A stretch of DNA of 64,000 nucleotides from Paraphysomonas bandaiensis (taxonomy: Eukaryota > Protista > Chrysophyceae): NCBI GenBank assembly GCA_965644295.1, contig CBFFRP010000277.1:124001-188000 (forward strand), in the 5' to 3' direction. Shown piece after piece: positions 24,061-42,380 of the stretch. The position numbers were made by a program, and so were the translations under genes. Every line of letters starts with the position of its first letter. The first letter of the stretch is position 1. The notes below the pieces were generated by a model. The model made no database searches. It saw only the letters and a program-made list of their open reading frames with translations, and was not told where the DNA came from.

Positions 24061-27000
24061 CTATAACGAAAGAAAATCGGCCCCCTCAAAAAAATCGGCC
24101 CCCCTTTTCATCATCCATTTCCCCCCCCCCCTTGAACTGATATGCACATACACACACGACATTAACTCCAACACCACAACTAACCACAACATACACCAAT
24201 ACAATCAGACACATACACACTGTCTTTACAATGGAGTATTTCAACATTATATGCAGCCATTTTTACCATCACACCCTGTGTCTCGAGTGATTAGACAGAG
24301 GAGCCCTGCGTCCTCAGGATGGCTATTGATCGCTATATGCAGAGCAGTGGGATACATTAACCACTACTGAGACTCTATATTCGACTTACTTCTGCAGACA
24401 AAGTGTTTGGAGAGGTGAGAGGGTGTGGGAGGGTCACGTATCATCTCTGTGGCTTGGATTCTGTGCCGGTCAGTATTTGTCCATAGGGAGGAGGGGTCCA
24501 TACAGTGCATATCAGGTCATACATTCACCAGAAATTTAAAATACGCCATAATAGTATGCCATATTGATGGATGGAGGGCATTGATATGGCATATCAACCA
24601 ATTTGATTAGATTTAAGTGCACCGCTGCCGTCCGTAGAAATTATGTGGATATGCTACCTTGTCACCATCCGAGTCAGCTTATCAGTGTCGGAACAGACTT
24701 ATCGAATGGAAGATAAGCGATATTTATTTGGTAGAAACAGATTTGGCACTTTATGGGCTTCCTTGTGCGTTGTACAATGATTAATGTTGCAAATACCCTT
24801 GACTAGCTTGTTGGTTGCAGGCACCCATGTTAGGGTGCTGTAGGGTCACAGCAAGCAGTGTTCACTCATGTCATATATGTAGGATACCTAATATATTGCA
24901 CTCATTCTGCTTTATTGGGGTCTTGTTACATCTACAATGCCATTGTTGCCATACTTGTCGATTTAAATAGGCTTTACGGCGAGTGCAGCTGATGATTGTT
25001 GAAAGTCTATATATGTCTAGTCTTTGTTGGCTATTCTCAAGACTTTGTCCCGAACTATCTCTCCACGCGACTTGTGTGAATGTGTATGTTTTATGTCTAT
25101 ACATATATATTACCTTTGTATGTACTTTATATGCACATGTGTGTACTACATTTCCCTTATGTTTACTAGGTTTATATGGGTGTACGAGGTTTATTGTATA
25201 TATTACCTACAATGCTACATATAAGCGTCAGTATTCGAATATATGTACTCTTGACTTTATGTATGAGAATATGTTATCTGTGTGTTTTTGTATGCATATA
25301 TATACGAGCGTTCTGAATGTATGTGTATCTGTGTGTTGTCATGTAGATATTTATAATAATAATATGATATCGTTATAGTCGATGTGAACTTGCTTGTATA
25401 AGTACTAGTCATAGTAAAGTAGCTATACATATATGTAGATCTTAAATACAACGATTGGCAGTATGTGTTTACAAGAAGTATAGGTATAAGGTATAAGTTT
25501 GCTTATCACACAAGTGTCTAAATCTAAACTACGAAGGAGTACAGTAGCTGATTTATATTGACAGAAGTAGTGTACTATTCCAAGTTATATGTGGGCTAGC
25601 ATCGAGGTATTTGCTGGAATAATTACATGCATAACAAGACAGTATACTATCAAACCACACATATACCGGCATGAATTTATAAGCAAATATTAGAATATTA
25701 GTCAAGTGGTTATCTAGTTTCAAAATAGCAATCAATAGACGATAACAACCTAGGAATTATAAGCACACCACCAGTACTCTCGCCACTAAACAGATTAGTT
25801 GGGAATATGTGCGAACAATAGCATACAACTACGCAATGTTTTAATGGTTTAAGTATTACGTTTTCAGTGATAATACGGGATGAAGTGGTAGATGTAATGT
25901 TTGACTTAATTTCTTGTGTTTTCGTTTATGTCACACTTCGTTGTCGCGCAGCACATAGAGAGTTGGTTGAGGGTGGTATTGAACCTGGTACTACCATCAT
26001 TTGTCATAATAATCTCCCGCATGTTGAACTTTAGTCAAAGAGTGTTAATCATGAAGTAGTTGTTGAAAGATACAAAGCGGAGATGGCTGCTGGAGATCTT
26101 AAGTTCATTATAGAATACATGTGGATGAAGAAAATATTCGTATAAAGGTTTCAAGACAGCAACAGCTATAAAGCAGAAAGGAAAAGAATAAAAAAGGCAG
26201 AAGATGCGCTGTAAAGAGCAACAAATGAAAGAACTTGACACTTAAAAAAGAAAATCAGAGTCTTAATCGAAACATAGAGCTGATATTACTTTGATAGGCG
26301 GAGGCAAATTGTACATGCTCTATCAGCTCTAGCTGCTCCTACAACCTGGAGCACTGGAACATAAAATGACTAATTCGATTTAAAGACATTCAATAGTTCG
26401 TTGTACCATTGCGTAGTTGTATGCTATTGTTCGCACATATTGTTCTAGAGTACTGGTGGTGTGCTTATAATTCCTAGGTTGTTATCGTCTATTGATTGCT
26501 ATTTTGAAACTAGATAACCACTTGACTAATATTCTAATATTTGCTTATAAATTCATGCCGGTATATGTGTGGTTTGATAGTATACTGTCTTGTTATGCAT
26601 GTAATTATTCCAGCAAATACCTCGATGCTAGCCCACATATAACTTGGAATAGTACACTACTTCTGTCAATATAAATCAGCTACTGTACTCCTTCGTAGTT
26701 TAGATTTAGACACTTGTGTGATAAGCAAACTTATACCTTATACCTATACTTCTTGTAAACACATACTGCCAATCGTTGTATTTAAGATCTACATATATGT
26801 ATAGCTACTTTACTATGACTAGTACTTATACAAGCAAGTTCACATCGACTATAACGATATCATATTATTATTATAAATATCTACATGACAACACACAGAT
26901 ACACATACATTCAGAACGCTCGTATATATATGCATACAAAAACACACAGATAACATATTCTCATACATAAGTCAAGAGTACATATATTCGAACACTGACG

Positions 27001-28165
27001 CTTATATGAAGCATTGTAGGTAATATATACAATAAACCTCGTACACCCATATAAACCTAGTAAACATAAGGGAAACGTAGTACACACATGTGCATATAAA
27101 GTACATACAAAGGTAATATATATGTATAGACATAAAACATACAGATTCACACAAGTCGCGTGGAGAGATAGTTCGGGACAAAGTATTGAGAATAGCCAAC
27201 AAAGACTAGACATGTATAGACTTTCAACAATCATCAGCTGCACTCGCCGTAAAGCCCATTTAAATCGACAAGTATGGCAACAATGGCATTGTAGATGTAA
27301 CAAGACCCCAATAAAGCTGAATGAGTGCAATATATTAGGTATCCTACATATATGACATGAGTGAACACTGCTTGCTGTGACCCTACAGCACCCTAACATG
27401 GGGTGCCTGCAACCAACAAGCTAGTCAAGCGTATTTGCAACATTAATCATTGTACAACGCACAAGGAAGCCCATAAAGTGCCAAATCTCTTTCTACCAAT
27501 AAAGATCGCTTATCTTCCATTCGATAAGTCGGTTCCGACACTGATAAGCTGACTCGGATGGTGACAAGGTAGCATATCCACATAATTTCTACGGACGGCA
27601 GCGGTGCACTTAAATCTAATCAAATTGGTTGATATGCCATATCAATGCCCTCCATCCATCGATATGGCATATTATTTTGGCGCATTTCAAATTTCTGGTG
27701 AATGTATGACCTGATATGCACTGTATGGACCCCTCCTCCCTATGGACAAATACTGACCGGCACAGAATCCAAGCCACAGAGATGATACGTGACCCTCCCA
27801 CACCCTCTCACCTCTCCAAACACTTTGTCTGCAGAAGTAAGTCGCATATAGAGTCTCAGTAGTGGTTAGTGTATCCCACTGCTCTGCATATAGCGATCAA
27901 TAGCCATCCTGAGGACGCAGGGCTCCTCTGTCTTATCACTCGAGACACAGGGTGTGATGGTAAAAATGGCTGCATATAATGTTGAAATACTCCATTGTAA
28001 AGACAGTGTGTATGTGTCTGATTGTATTGGTGTATGTTGTGGTTAGTTGTGGTGTTGGAGTTAATGTCGTGTGTGTATGTGCATATCAGTTCAAGGGGGG
28101 GGGGGAAATGGATGATGAAAAGGGGGGCCGATTTTTTTGAGGGGGCCGATTTTCTTTCGTTATAG
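24061..28165. mobile_element. Foldback-type non-autonomous element: inverted arms 24061-25838 and 26407-28165 around a 568-bp spacer
   Basis: The arms are near-identical reverse complements. gtattc is duplicated at 24055-24060 and 28166-28171. Termini ctataacgaaagaaaatcggccccc carry a duplicated aaaatcggccccc motif. Confidence 0.92.
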
Positions 28166-28402
28166 GTATTCCGTGGTATTTTACAGGACGTACATGATGT
28201 GGCCATGCGTAGAGTGCGTGTACATCACATATGCTCCTGTATACAGCACAGCATATACACACTGTAGCATGGTATGTATGGAATGATACGCAAGTGGAGG
28301 CTGTGGAGAGGAAGGACGAAAGAAACTTACACTCCTTTCAACCCTGCAGATAATATACATCCTCACTGTCGGTATTGCATTGCATTGAAATCAATCACTC
28401 CT

Positions 28403-30940
28403 ATGCGTGCGCTCCGCCTCCTCATCAGGCCGAGGTTGTCGTTCTCTGCAAGGAGCTGCTCAGGTCGTACCTCTTCACTGACTAACACATCCTCCGCAGT
28501 CGCTATACAGTCCGATACAAATAAACTATCCGTCTGTCTCGTAGGTCAACCTAATGTTGGTAAATCTACCCTTTTTAACAGACTGTGCCGCTCGAATCCG
28601 TCAATTGTATCGCCTCTTCCAGGCACCACACGAGACAGAATTGAGGGACACGGTGCAATAGCTGGTCTTTCACTTAGTGTCACAGATACAGGCGGCTACG
28701 ACGATGAAAGTTTACTGTATAGTGATGTTCTCGAACAAACGAAGAAGGCGGTTGCAAGGGCTGATGTTATACTTTTTATGGTTGATGGAAAATATGGACT
28801 TTCTTCTGTAGATTTTGATTTCGCGTCGTGGCTGAGAAAAACTTTAGGGTCAATAGAGCAATCGGCTGATTCTAGTCGCAGAGAAGTCATACTTGTATAA
28901 CTTATACGTTGTGTTCGAATATATCCTAATCTTTATTGCTGTAGGTTGCGAACAAAGTTGAAGGATCCTATTTATCATCATCAGTCTTGGACAGTCTTTC
29001 TGAATCGTCTCGTCTTGGCTTTGGTGATCCAGTGTTGATGTCAGCTGCCAATGGCGATGGAATGGCAGATCTTGCCACGAAACTACTAGAGTGCGCTGAG
29101 GTTTTTAAAATGCGCAGAAATTCTTGTTGTTGTTCATATAAAGATTTTCTCCAGGAGCGGGATATTAATATCGAGTCATTACCTGAGGATACCACAGCCA
29201 TTTCGTTGGAGGAAAGGCCCATTCAAGTTGCTTTTATGGGCAAGCCGAATGTAAGCTTTATTTATTGTACTTATGTAGTATAGATTGATGAGTGCATTAG
29301 GTCGGAAAATCGTCGCTGTTGAATGCGATTCTGAATGATCAAAGAACGATAACTGGACCTTCAGCAGGAGTTACAAGGTAATGTGGGTTACGTATGCGAC
29401 GCTATTTGCTGATAGTGCTATCGTAGAGATGCAATTTATGTAGACTGGGTAGCATTTGGACGCAGGTTTATCTTGGTAGATACTGCAGGTTGAATGTAGT
29501 CCATATGTGCATCATAAGTGTAATTATCGCTTTTCAGGGATTGTCCGAAGTAAAATTGGGAAGCGTTTGTCATCGAATAAAAAATTGCTCAGTGAATCGA
29601 AAGCAGCGACTTCTAAGAATTCTTCTTCAATTGTAAAGCTGTTCAAGTACCTGTAATAAACTGTAATATATCTTTCCGATACATAGGTCCAGATTGATTC
29701 GACGCAGCAATCCCAATTCCTCGCCGAGAAGTCAGTCCAGAGTGCTCTTCATGCGCTGCGGTACTCACTCAATATTTGTTGGCCTATATGTAATACTATC
29801 TTTCTCACAGATATGCGCAAGTCGTTGTTTTGGTGATAGAAGGTTTAGAAAGTGTTGTGGTAACTTTCTTCGTACCTTAATATTGTGTAGGACAACAAGG
29901 ACATTTTACGACAGCAGATCTAAAAATTGCACGGAAGTAAGCCGAAATGATTATTTTATTGAAAACACTTATTTTGTGCAATAATTAGGTGTGCCGATGA
30001 AGGACGGGCATTGGTTGTGTGTGCTAACAAGAGGGATTTGGTCATGAAAAGTGGCCTGAGCGCCCGCCAGTATGAGAAGGTACTTCAGTATTGATATATG
30101 TTGACCATCTAAATATAGTTGGAAGGGTGTAAGAGAGCATGCTACGGCATTTCTTCGTGACTTTGGTGAAGTCCCAATAGTTTCGACCGCAGCAGTTATT
30201 GATAACGGAGCTTCAGCTGGGGATCTGGTGGTAAATTTGCCGAATCAGGGTGTAGATAGGTATGGTGTAATTGGTTATGTCGTTGCGTAACGTTGTATAT
30301 TAGATTGCTGCGAACTATTGTTCGCACACATGATGCTTGGTCGTCGAGAATTGACACCTGGATATTAAATAGGTAATAATGTGTGAACTCTTTGTAGTTG
30401 CACCGGTTATGTTATTTTTAGATGGCTCAAAGATATACAAATTTCGACCCCACCTCCGAGGGCTTATGGACGCATGTCTAAAATCAAATATATGACCCAG
30501 GTGAGTATTCGTTCAGTCTTTGTTAACGATTTGAGTATTAATCAATTATAGGTTAAAATTCGACCTCCAACGTTCGCCTTTTTTGGCAATCGGGAAGTAG
30601 TTTCGCCCACATATTCCAAATTTATTCGGTAAGAATATTATTACCTTCACTGCATCGCACTGATTCCACTTCGTTGGCCAGAAATCGACTTCAAAGTGAT
30701 TTTAATCTAGGTGGAATTCCGATTAGATTGCTATTTCGTAGATCATCAGGGAAAAGTGCCGATGCCTCCAAGATACGGTTTTCGAAAAAGAAGTGGGTGA
30801 AGAATGCTGGTGAAAGTAGGCCCCTTGGTGCTAAGAGAGATAATAAATACCTCGAAATGAAAAGAAAGTTAGCGCAAATTGAACGGCGTCGCCAGACTGC
30901 TAGGCGTAGAAGGATGACGAGAAAAAGAACAAAGTATTAG
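28403..30940 (+). CDS. der: EngA/Der double-GTPase, probably mitochondrial, many short introns
   Basis: Two G-domains (GQPNVGKS/PGTTRD/DTGG/NKVE and GKPNVGKS/GVTRD/DTAG/NKRD), KH-like RPPTF and GIPIRL; Arg/Ser-rich presequence MRALRLLIRPRLSF. Confidence 0.88.
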
Positions 30941-32221
30941 GTTGCAATGCAACAACTAGAAGCCATGACATAGTGTTTGCTATATAAATCATTTTAGGGT
31001 TCGCTGAGCTATTCTATTTGAGAGAATTAAGTTGCTGTGAATTTAAAATACTTTTGTATAGAAACGATTTCATTTTAGTAATTTGAGGTCAAGGAAAGCG
31101 AGGTTATACAACTAGATAGATTGTCACTTCAGATCTACAAATCATTTGTTCTGATGAAAACAACCGTGTTCAGTATACAGCTGCTTGTTGTTGTCATAAG
31201 CAGAGAATTTGTTTTATACTAACGTTAGTGGCATTGATATTCCCCAATATTGTCCATACGCATACATTATCGGTGAATTCCTTCCCATACTGCTATATCT
31301 TTTTATTATCTACAACCGCCAATAAACGTGCCAAGCAATATGTATCACACTAGAATTCTAAATGAAAGGGAAATAGGTGCTGATTCTAATTACATTGAGA
31401 AATACGAGCAGAATTTAGCAAGGCCGTGTTGAGAGTCTAACACTATTTTCTATTACACCCACTTACGTATTCACCAGTAAGAGTTGAACGCTATGTCACT
31501 ACTCTTTCCGGTTACCCAGTAATAAGCATTATAGGAAAAAATTAGTCTGAATTAGCTACTCTCTAGGAACAGGCTCCCACTTTTATATTAGCTTCGAAAC
31601 GGTCTCAACAATGAGGAGTGACGAATGTTACTGAGTGGATGCAACTTTCAGTCCTTGTTGCTAATAAACACGGCCTTGTCGGGTTTAGTGTTAGCTATTT
31701 TCATACTCTGTCCACAAAATAACACGTTCATTATCCTTTAATAGATTCATAAGGCTAGAAAGGGAGTGGACGCAGGAATGAATTCGATTTAGATTACCAC
31801 GAGTGTAAGTGCTTGTGTTACTTGCTACAGCCATATCTTCAATGATACTGTACATGACATACACCCATCATCATGTGGAATACAGCTCAGTACAATGATT
31901 GTACGACTGTGTATTTTCACCTCCTTCTTCCAGATGATGTGGCTGGGAATGAGTGCAGCACCACTTGGTCTTTTTTGTTGTAGTATCATATGCACGGTAT
32001 GTGGTATATACCTTGACGTATATAAAACCATCTCATCTCCACAAATTTTTTTGTGCAATACGGAATGTGCGATTGAGGTTGATTGCACTGCAATGCTGAA
32101 TGACTGTATAGGTATACAGTCGTACATTGAGATGTTCTTTGGGAGTCAATATAACAATCATCGCGTTATATAGGTACCTATATATACTTTCGACTCGAAA
32201 TTTACCTGACGCAAATCAATA

Positions 32222-33731
32222 ATGTACCGCGTAGCTCGTTCTCAAGCATCCAATATTCACCGCATTGCAGTCAAAAGTTGTGGTGCGGTGAGAAACTTGA
32301 ACCTTCATGAATACCAAAGTATATCCCTGTTGAAATCATATGGTGCTACTGTGCAAAATGGACGCGTAGCTGATGACAAGGAGTCCGCCCTTAAAATTGC
32401 ATCTGAGATTTTATCAACTGACCCCTCTTCTGATATCATCGTTAAGGCCCAGATCCATGCTGGCGGCAGAGGAAAAGGTGTATTCACTAACGGCTTTAAA
32501 GGCGGTGTTCAAATAGTGCAATCAAGCGAGAAGGCTGGATATTTTACTGAAGAAATGATTGGAAAGTACCTAGTGACCAAACAGACAGGGGAGAGTGGGC
32601 AGCTTGTTCAGAAAGTGCTTATCAACCAAGTAAGTCACAGCATATATAATCTTCCCACTTCTTTACTTTATACGATAAGGGAATAAACATTACGGATGAA
32701 AAATACTTTGCTATTCTCCTAGATCGTGCGCATAATGGACCAGTCATGGTTGGCTCTCGCAAGGTCAGTGCGGAATTGTTAACGCTTTATTTTGTGTCAT
32801 AACTGCGTTTTAGGGCGGTATGAACATCGAAGAAGTTGCTGAAGAATCACCAGAAGATATTATTAGCATTCCTATTGATATTGAGAAAGGTATGTCTGAA
32901 GAACAGGCCCAAGAGATGGCCCGGCGCATTGATTTCCGAGGAGACCAAGTTGCGAAGGCTGCCTCCAACATGATGGCATTGTACAAACTCTTTCTTGCAC
33001 GCGACGCCACTCAGGTGTGTTGGCAATGGTTACTACCCTTGTTATATAAATTTATACTATAGGTGGAGATAAATCCTATGGCTGTCGCTTCTGATGGAAA
33101 TGTATATTGTGTTGACGCGAAACTCAATTTTGATGACAATGCAGCTTTCCGTCAGAAGGATATATTTGATATGCGCGACACCACGATGGAAGACCCTAGA
33201 GATGTTGAGGCCGAGAAGGCTGGTTTGAATTATATCGCCCTTGATGGTTCCATTGGATGTATGGTCAACGGTGCTGGACTTGCTATGGCTACGATGGATA
33301 TTATTCAGTTGTGCGGAGGCAAACCAGCCAATTTCTTAGATGTTGGCGGAGGCGCAACCAAAGAACAAGTGGCAACTGCTTTCAAAATTCTTGTTAGTGA
33401 CCCAAGGTTCGTTTCTATATCTATGACATATATTCTGTAATTGTTTGTTACAGTGTGAAATCTATATTGGTTAACATATTTGGAGGCATTATGAAGTGTG
33501 ATATTATAGCAACTGGAATTCTTGAGGCTTATGAAGAGATTGGTCTTAACATTCCATTAGTTGTGCGCCTTGAAGGCACGAATGCAGCGGAAGGTCTGCA
33601 GCTATTGGAGAAAAGTGGATTGCCTATTATAACGGCTCGTGGGCTTGGCAAGGTATGTTGTAATCTGTTAGAATAACCACGCTAAGTCACGATCACAGGC
33701 TGCTGAGCAAGCTGTGGCCACAGTAGCGTAG
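32222..33731 (+). CDS. sucC: Succinyl-CoA ligase beta subunit, mitochondrial
   Basis: [63 protein letters not shown]. Confidence 0.95.
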
Positions 33732-34615
33732 AGATCTTGCGTGAAACGAGTGAGAATAGCTGAATATCTTTCTGACTTGTATTCGGTCGATACATAATAA
33801 TAGTAACCTTGTGTCCATCTTGTGCTTGTGATTAGTTGCGTAGCTCTCATGTCATGACTAGATAATTCGAGTCACGCACACTGCCTCGCGTTTCCTGCAT
33901 AGAGCATTGTACACAGGACACTAAACAACTATGGAACACAGTTGTAACATTCGTATCTCGCAAAATATATAATGCTTTGCCATAACAAGAGCCCCATCTA
34001 CAGAAATTACATAATTCTAAATTGCAATAACTATATTGTATATTGTGAACAATAGTTTCTATCCTGTAGTTATTTTACATTTATTCAGTTATTCATTCAC
34101 TGATCAATGGAAGAGAAGCAAAACCAGTAATTTTGTCTGGTTTTGAGCACTGTAAAGTAAGGATGTTCGAGTAGATGGGGCAACAAATCTGTGTTTTATG
34201 AATGGGCACAACAGCTGTACTACAGATCTACCATTTTACATACTACAACAATTATCAATCATTTCAGAGCTTCTACCAATAGTACCCACTTCGGTCGCAC
34301 TTTTATAGTAAGGATTTTAACTATTAATGATTAGAGAAGAGAGTACTCACTATGGAGGGGAATTTTGCTGAAACTCAGGATGAAAGAGCCATACTTATTT
34401 ATATTTTGAATAAGTATTTGTTTAAGTTGTTCTTACAAGGTTTCCAATGGTAGTACCAGGCACGAAAAGAATAATTTTACTTTGAAATTTGTAGACGGTT
34501 ACACGGTTAGGAGTTAGGAAATATATCTTATTAATATACAACACACTAATTGAAGACTAACTATGCTCTGGTATCGGATCGAAGCACATAAAAACTGATA
34601 TCGTCGAGAGAATTT

Positions 34616-35837
34616 CTATCTATTATTTTCTAGCCATTTCTCTGCATCTAGTGCTGCTTGACAACCCATACCAGCAGCTGTAATAGCTTGTCTGCGACAA
34701 CAGTAACGTAATTTAGAACGCAAACGAGAAATACAACCTGTACTTCTTATCCACAACATCTCCACATGCAAAAACGCCTGGCTTGCTTGTCAAACAATTC
34801 TCAGTTGTTTTGATGTAGCCATCTGCGTCTAGCAATATCTACGAAAGGGTTCACCACTAGATACAAAAGACGAAAAACATAGGCACCTGGTTGTCAAGAA
34901 ATTCAGTATTAGGCTTATGTCCGATTGCAATAAAGCCGCCGTCACAGAATACCTTGGTATACATAATATTACACAAAAGCAATATAATGTGTTAATATAA
35001 AGTACTTCTTCTGTTGTACCATCCTCAACGTTGCGGACGTCTACACCGTTCAGCACATGATTGCTTCCTCTCCATCTTGACACTATTCTGTTCTTAAGGA
35101 TGTTTATCTTTTTATTGGCAAGAGCACGCTCCAAAAGAAGCTACAACAAATTGCAATCAATAAGGAATATACAGCAGGCCATATCTGTCAAATACCTTCG
35201 ATGCTTTCAATTTTTTACTTCGATTGAATACCATCACACTGTTTGCATATCTTGATAGAAACAATGCTTCCTCCATAGCCGAGTCCCCACCGCCAATAAC
35301 TACGACATCTTTTTCTTTAAATAAAGCCCCATCGCATACTGCACAAGTCGATATTCCGTATCCCTTGAATTCTTCTTCATTTTCAGCACCAAGCCATATG
35401 GATTCTGCGCCAGTGGCTATAATAACAGCTTTCGTCGTCACAGTACAGTTTGGCAAGTGAATCTTATACGGGTAGGAATCGAAGTCCACTTTTTCGCATG
35501 CCGTTTGCCAAAACTCGGCTCCAAATGTCTTTGCTTGCTGAATCAAGCTATCCATGAGTGCTGGCCCTGGAGTAGCAACAGGCCCACCTGGAAAGTTTTC
35601 AACATCATTTGTTAATGTCAGCTGCCCTCCTGGCATATAGCCAGAAATAACTAAAGGGTCTAAAAGAGCCCTCCCAGCATAGATTGCTGAGGTACATCCT
35701 GCAGGCCCACTACCTAGAATTACAACGTTACGACTGCTGATCGATGAAGCGCTATGAATGAGAGGACTACTGCATAACAGCAAGATCAAAGTCACTTCAA
35801 TGAAAATTGAAAAGACTGAAACCCCACTAGTGCACAT
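34616..35837 (-). CDS. trxB: Low-Mr (TrxB-type) NADPH thioredoxin reductase with an N-terminal hydrophobic leader
   Basis: [26 protein letters not shown], spliced [26 protein letters not shown]. Confidence 0.92.
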
Positions 35838-36210
35838 TATCTTCTCTACGATAGCAACAATACAACAACAGCCTTGAAGTTATCCAAGAATCAAGGCTTT
35901 ATGTCCATATTAATCAACTGTTCGCAGAATTACATCTCACATTGTTGGTTGATATTTATCAGAGATTTATCATAATAAACTAAATATTGCGGTATTTCTT
36001 CTAAAAACCCATATTTTCTTCTCTCTCGTACAGTAATATCATGCCTCTGGAATGTGTCAGCAAAACCTCTCTTCAAGCAAGAACAGGGGAGCAATCTATA
36101 CCTCTAACTTCGACTTCGAAGTCAGTCAATGTAAAGTATTCCAATTAATTATATCAACACCCACTATGTCTTATATCATATGTATGTAGCGACTGCACAG
36201 TAGGGTAAAT

Positions 36211-40984
<4,774 letters not shown>

Positions 40985-41366
40985 AATTTTGCCGCCAAAT
41001 GAGACTGCACACCTATACTGTGCTAATGGCGGCGCGTTAGGGTACTATGTATTTTATAATTATTTGGTTGCGATTTTGTGAAATGTAGGTAGTGTAAGTG
41101 ATACGATAGTGTATTTTAGGTACGAAGTCATATATATATCTTTATATGTTACTCTTAGATTCATAAATGTGTAGTTGTTATTGATGTCGGTAAATTGGAT
41201 TGATTCCTGAAAATATTTAATTTCATACTTAAAGCGGCCATCGTCATGTATGTCTTTTTTCTATAGCTGATATTTATTTTTGTGTTTGCTCCTAATACAA
41301 TGTGTTGAGTTCAGATGTAGAATCTGCTATATATTACGCAATAGGAGAAAGGGTGAATATAGTTGG

Positions 41367-41480
41367 TATCTATTATTAGACCTAGTCAAATTGGTGTAAA
41401 AACCTAGGTAAGCGGTTGAAAAACCTAGTCATTTAGTAATTCATATTTTCAGTTTACAATGGCTAGGTGTTTATGGTATT
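41367..41480. repeat. Dispersed MITE-like repeat family B, copy 2 (more decayed)
   Basis: tctattatt..acctagtcaaattggtgtaaaaacctag...gttgaaaaacctagtcattta.taattcat.ttttcagtttacaat matches 1999-2152. Confidence 0.75.
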
Positions 41481-42039
41481 CACTTAGTCAAAAATAATAA
41501 ATTTCTTTCAAACATGGTAGCATACTCTAGCCATCAATTATATATTTTCCAATATAGGTACTGTAATGTATTTATAGATATAGGATTGACTGACTAACAT
41601 ATGACAAACATATGTAACACGAATATGATGTTTTGAATATTTATAAGGAGGGAATATCGTCCCACACTCGAAACTTTGAAACGAGGGCAATAAGGCTGTT
41701 TCAAAGAACTCGAATGATATGCGTACGATATGGCACATACAATACTGGTTAGCATGACGTGGCCCAAACCCTTAAAGTCTTGGTACGTGGGTTCCACTGC
41801 TGCTACTTACAGCATCAGATTTGGCATTCGAACTCACCAGAAGTATTTTTGAAGTATAATTGCGAAGTCCAGGTTATGAAGATAGATCGCTTGCACTGAA
41901 ATCAAAATGACCTGCATCAGTATCAAAATAAAATATAACTTGGAGTATTTTATGCTCTTCTTTTGAAAGTTGAGTCATCATAGGCTTTCCTACAATTGTG
42001 TACTATAGTAATGAAATCACTTTCGAATGACAGTCAACA

Positions 42040-42345
42040 CCCTCTACAAAATGGACTTGCACCTTTTCGTGGCGTTCTGAGAGATAAGTACCGGAGATAT
42101 TACTCCATATATACAGTCACGCATATTGTGTGGTAATAAGTGTTACTTGTGTAGACGTCTTTGGGCCTTGACGAATAAACAGGCATCCTGGGTATTGAGC
42201 TGCCTGCTGAAGTCAAGCATCCGGGCTGTTTACCTTCTTAAGGACTCAAAATACTGAGGTCAGGCATATCAACATTCTGCTTGCTCTCACTGCGTTTGCG
42301 TTGAGTGACGCACAAGCAGCTTTTGTGGCGTTAAAAAGTAGAATA
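42040..42345 (-). repeat. Dispersed repeat family A, copy 2
   Basis: Its reverse complement matches 61320-61710 (cccggatgcttgacttcagcaggcagc, tgcctgtttattcgtca.ggcccaaagacgtctacacaagt, cacgaaaaggtgc.agtcc). Confidence 0.85.
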
Positions 42346-42380
42346 TCAGACTTAAGTATTGACTCTTAAAGGTCTATTAC

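Noticed and set aside
25960-25995. tRNA-like GGTTCAATACC on the minus strand
   Set aside because: The T-stem and acceptor stem do not pair; no cloverleaf.
24061-28165. Inverted repeat as a long-read fold-back artefact
   Set aside because: The arms differ by substitutions and an indel, there is a unique spacer, the flanks are unique and a TSD is present.
23972-28206. Mirror-image short ORFs in the arms as genes
   Set aside because: Low-complexity Y/C/I-rich translations, mostly non-ATG starts, no motifs; duplicated only because of the inverted repeat.
31825-32173. 100-aa and 92-aa ORFs upstream of the succinyl-CoA ligase gene
   Set aside because: Promoter-like composition and no recognisable domain.
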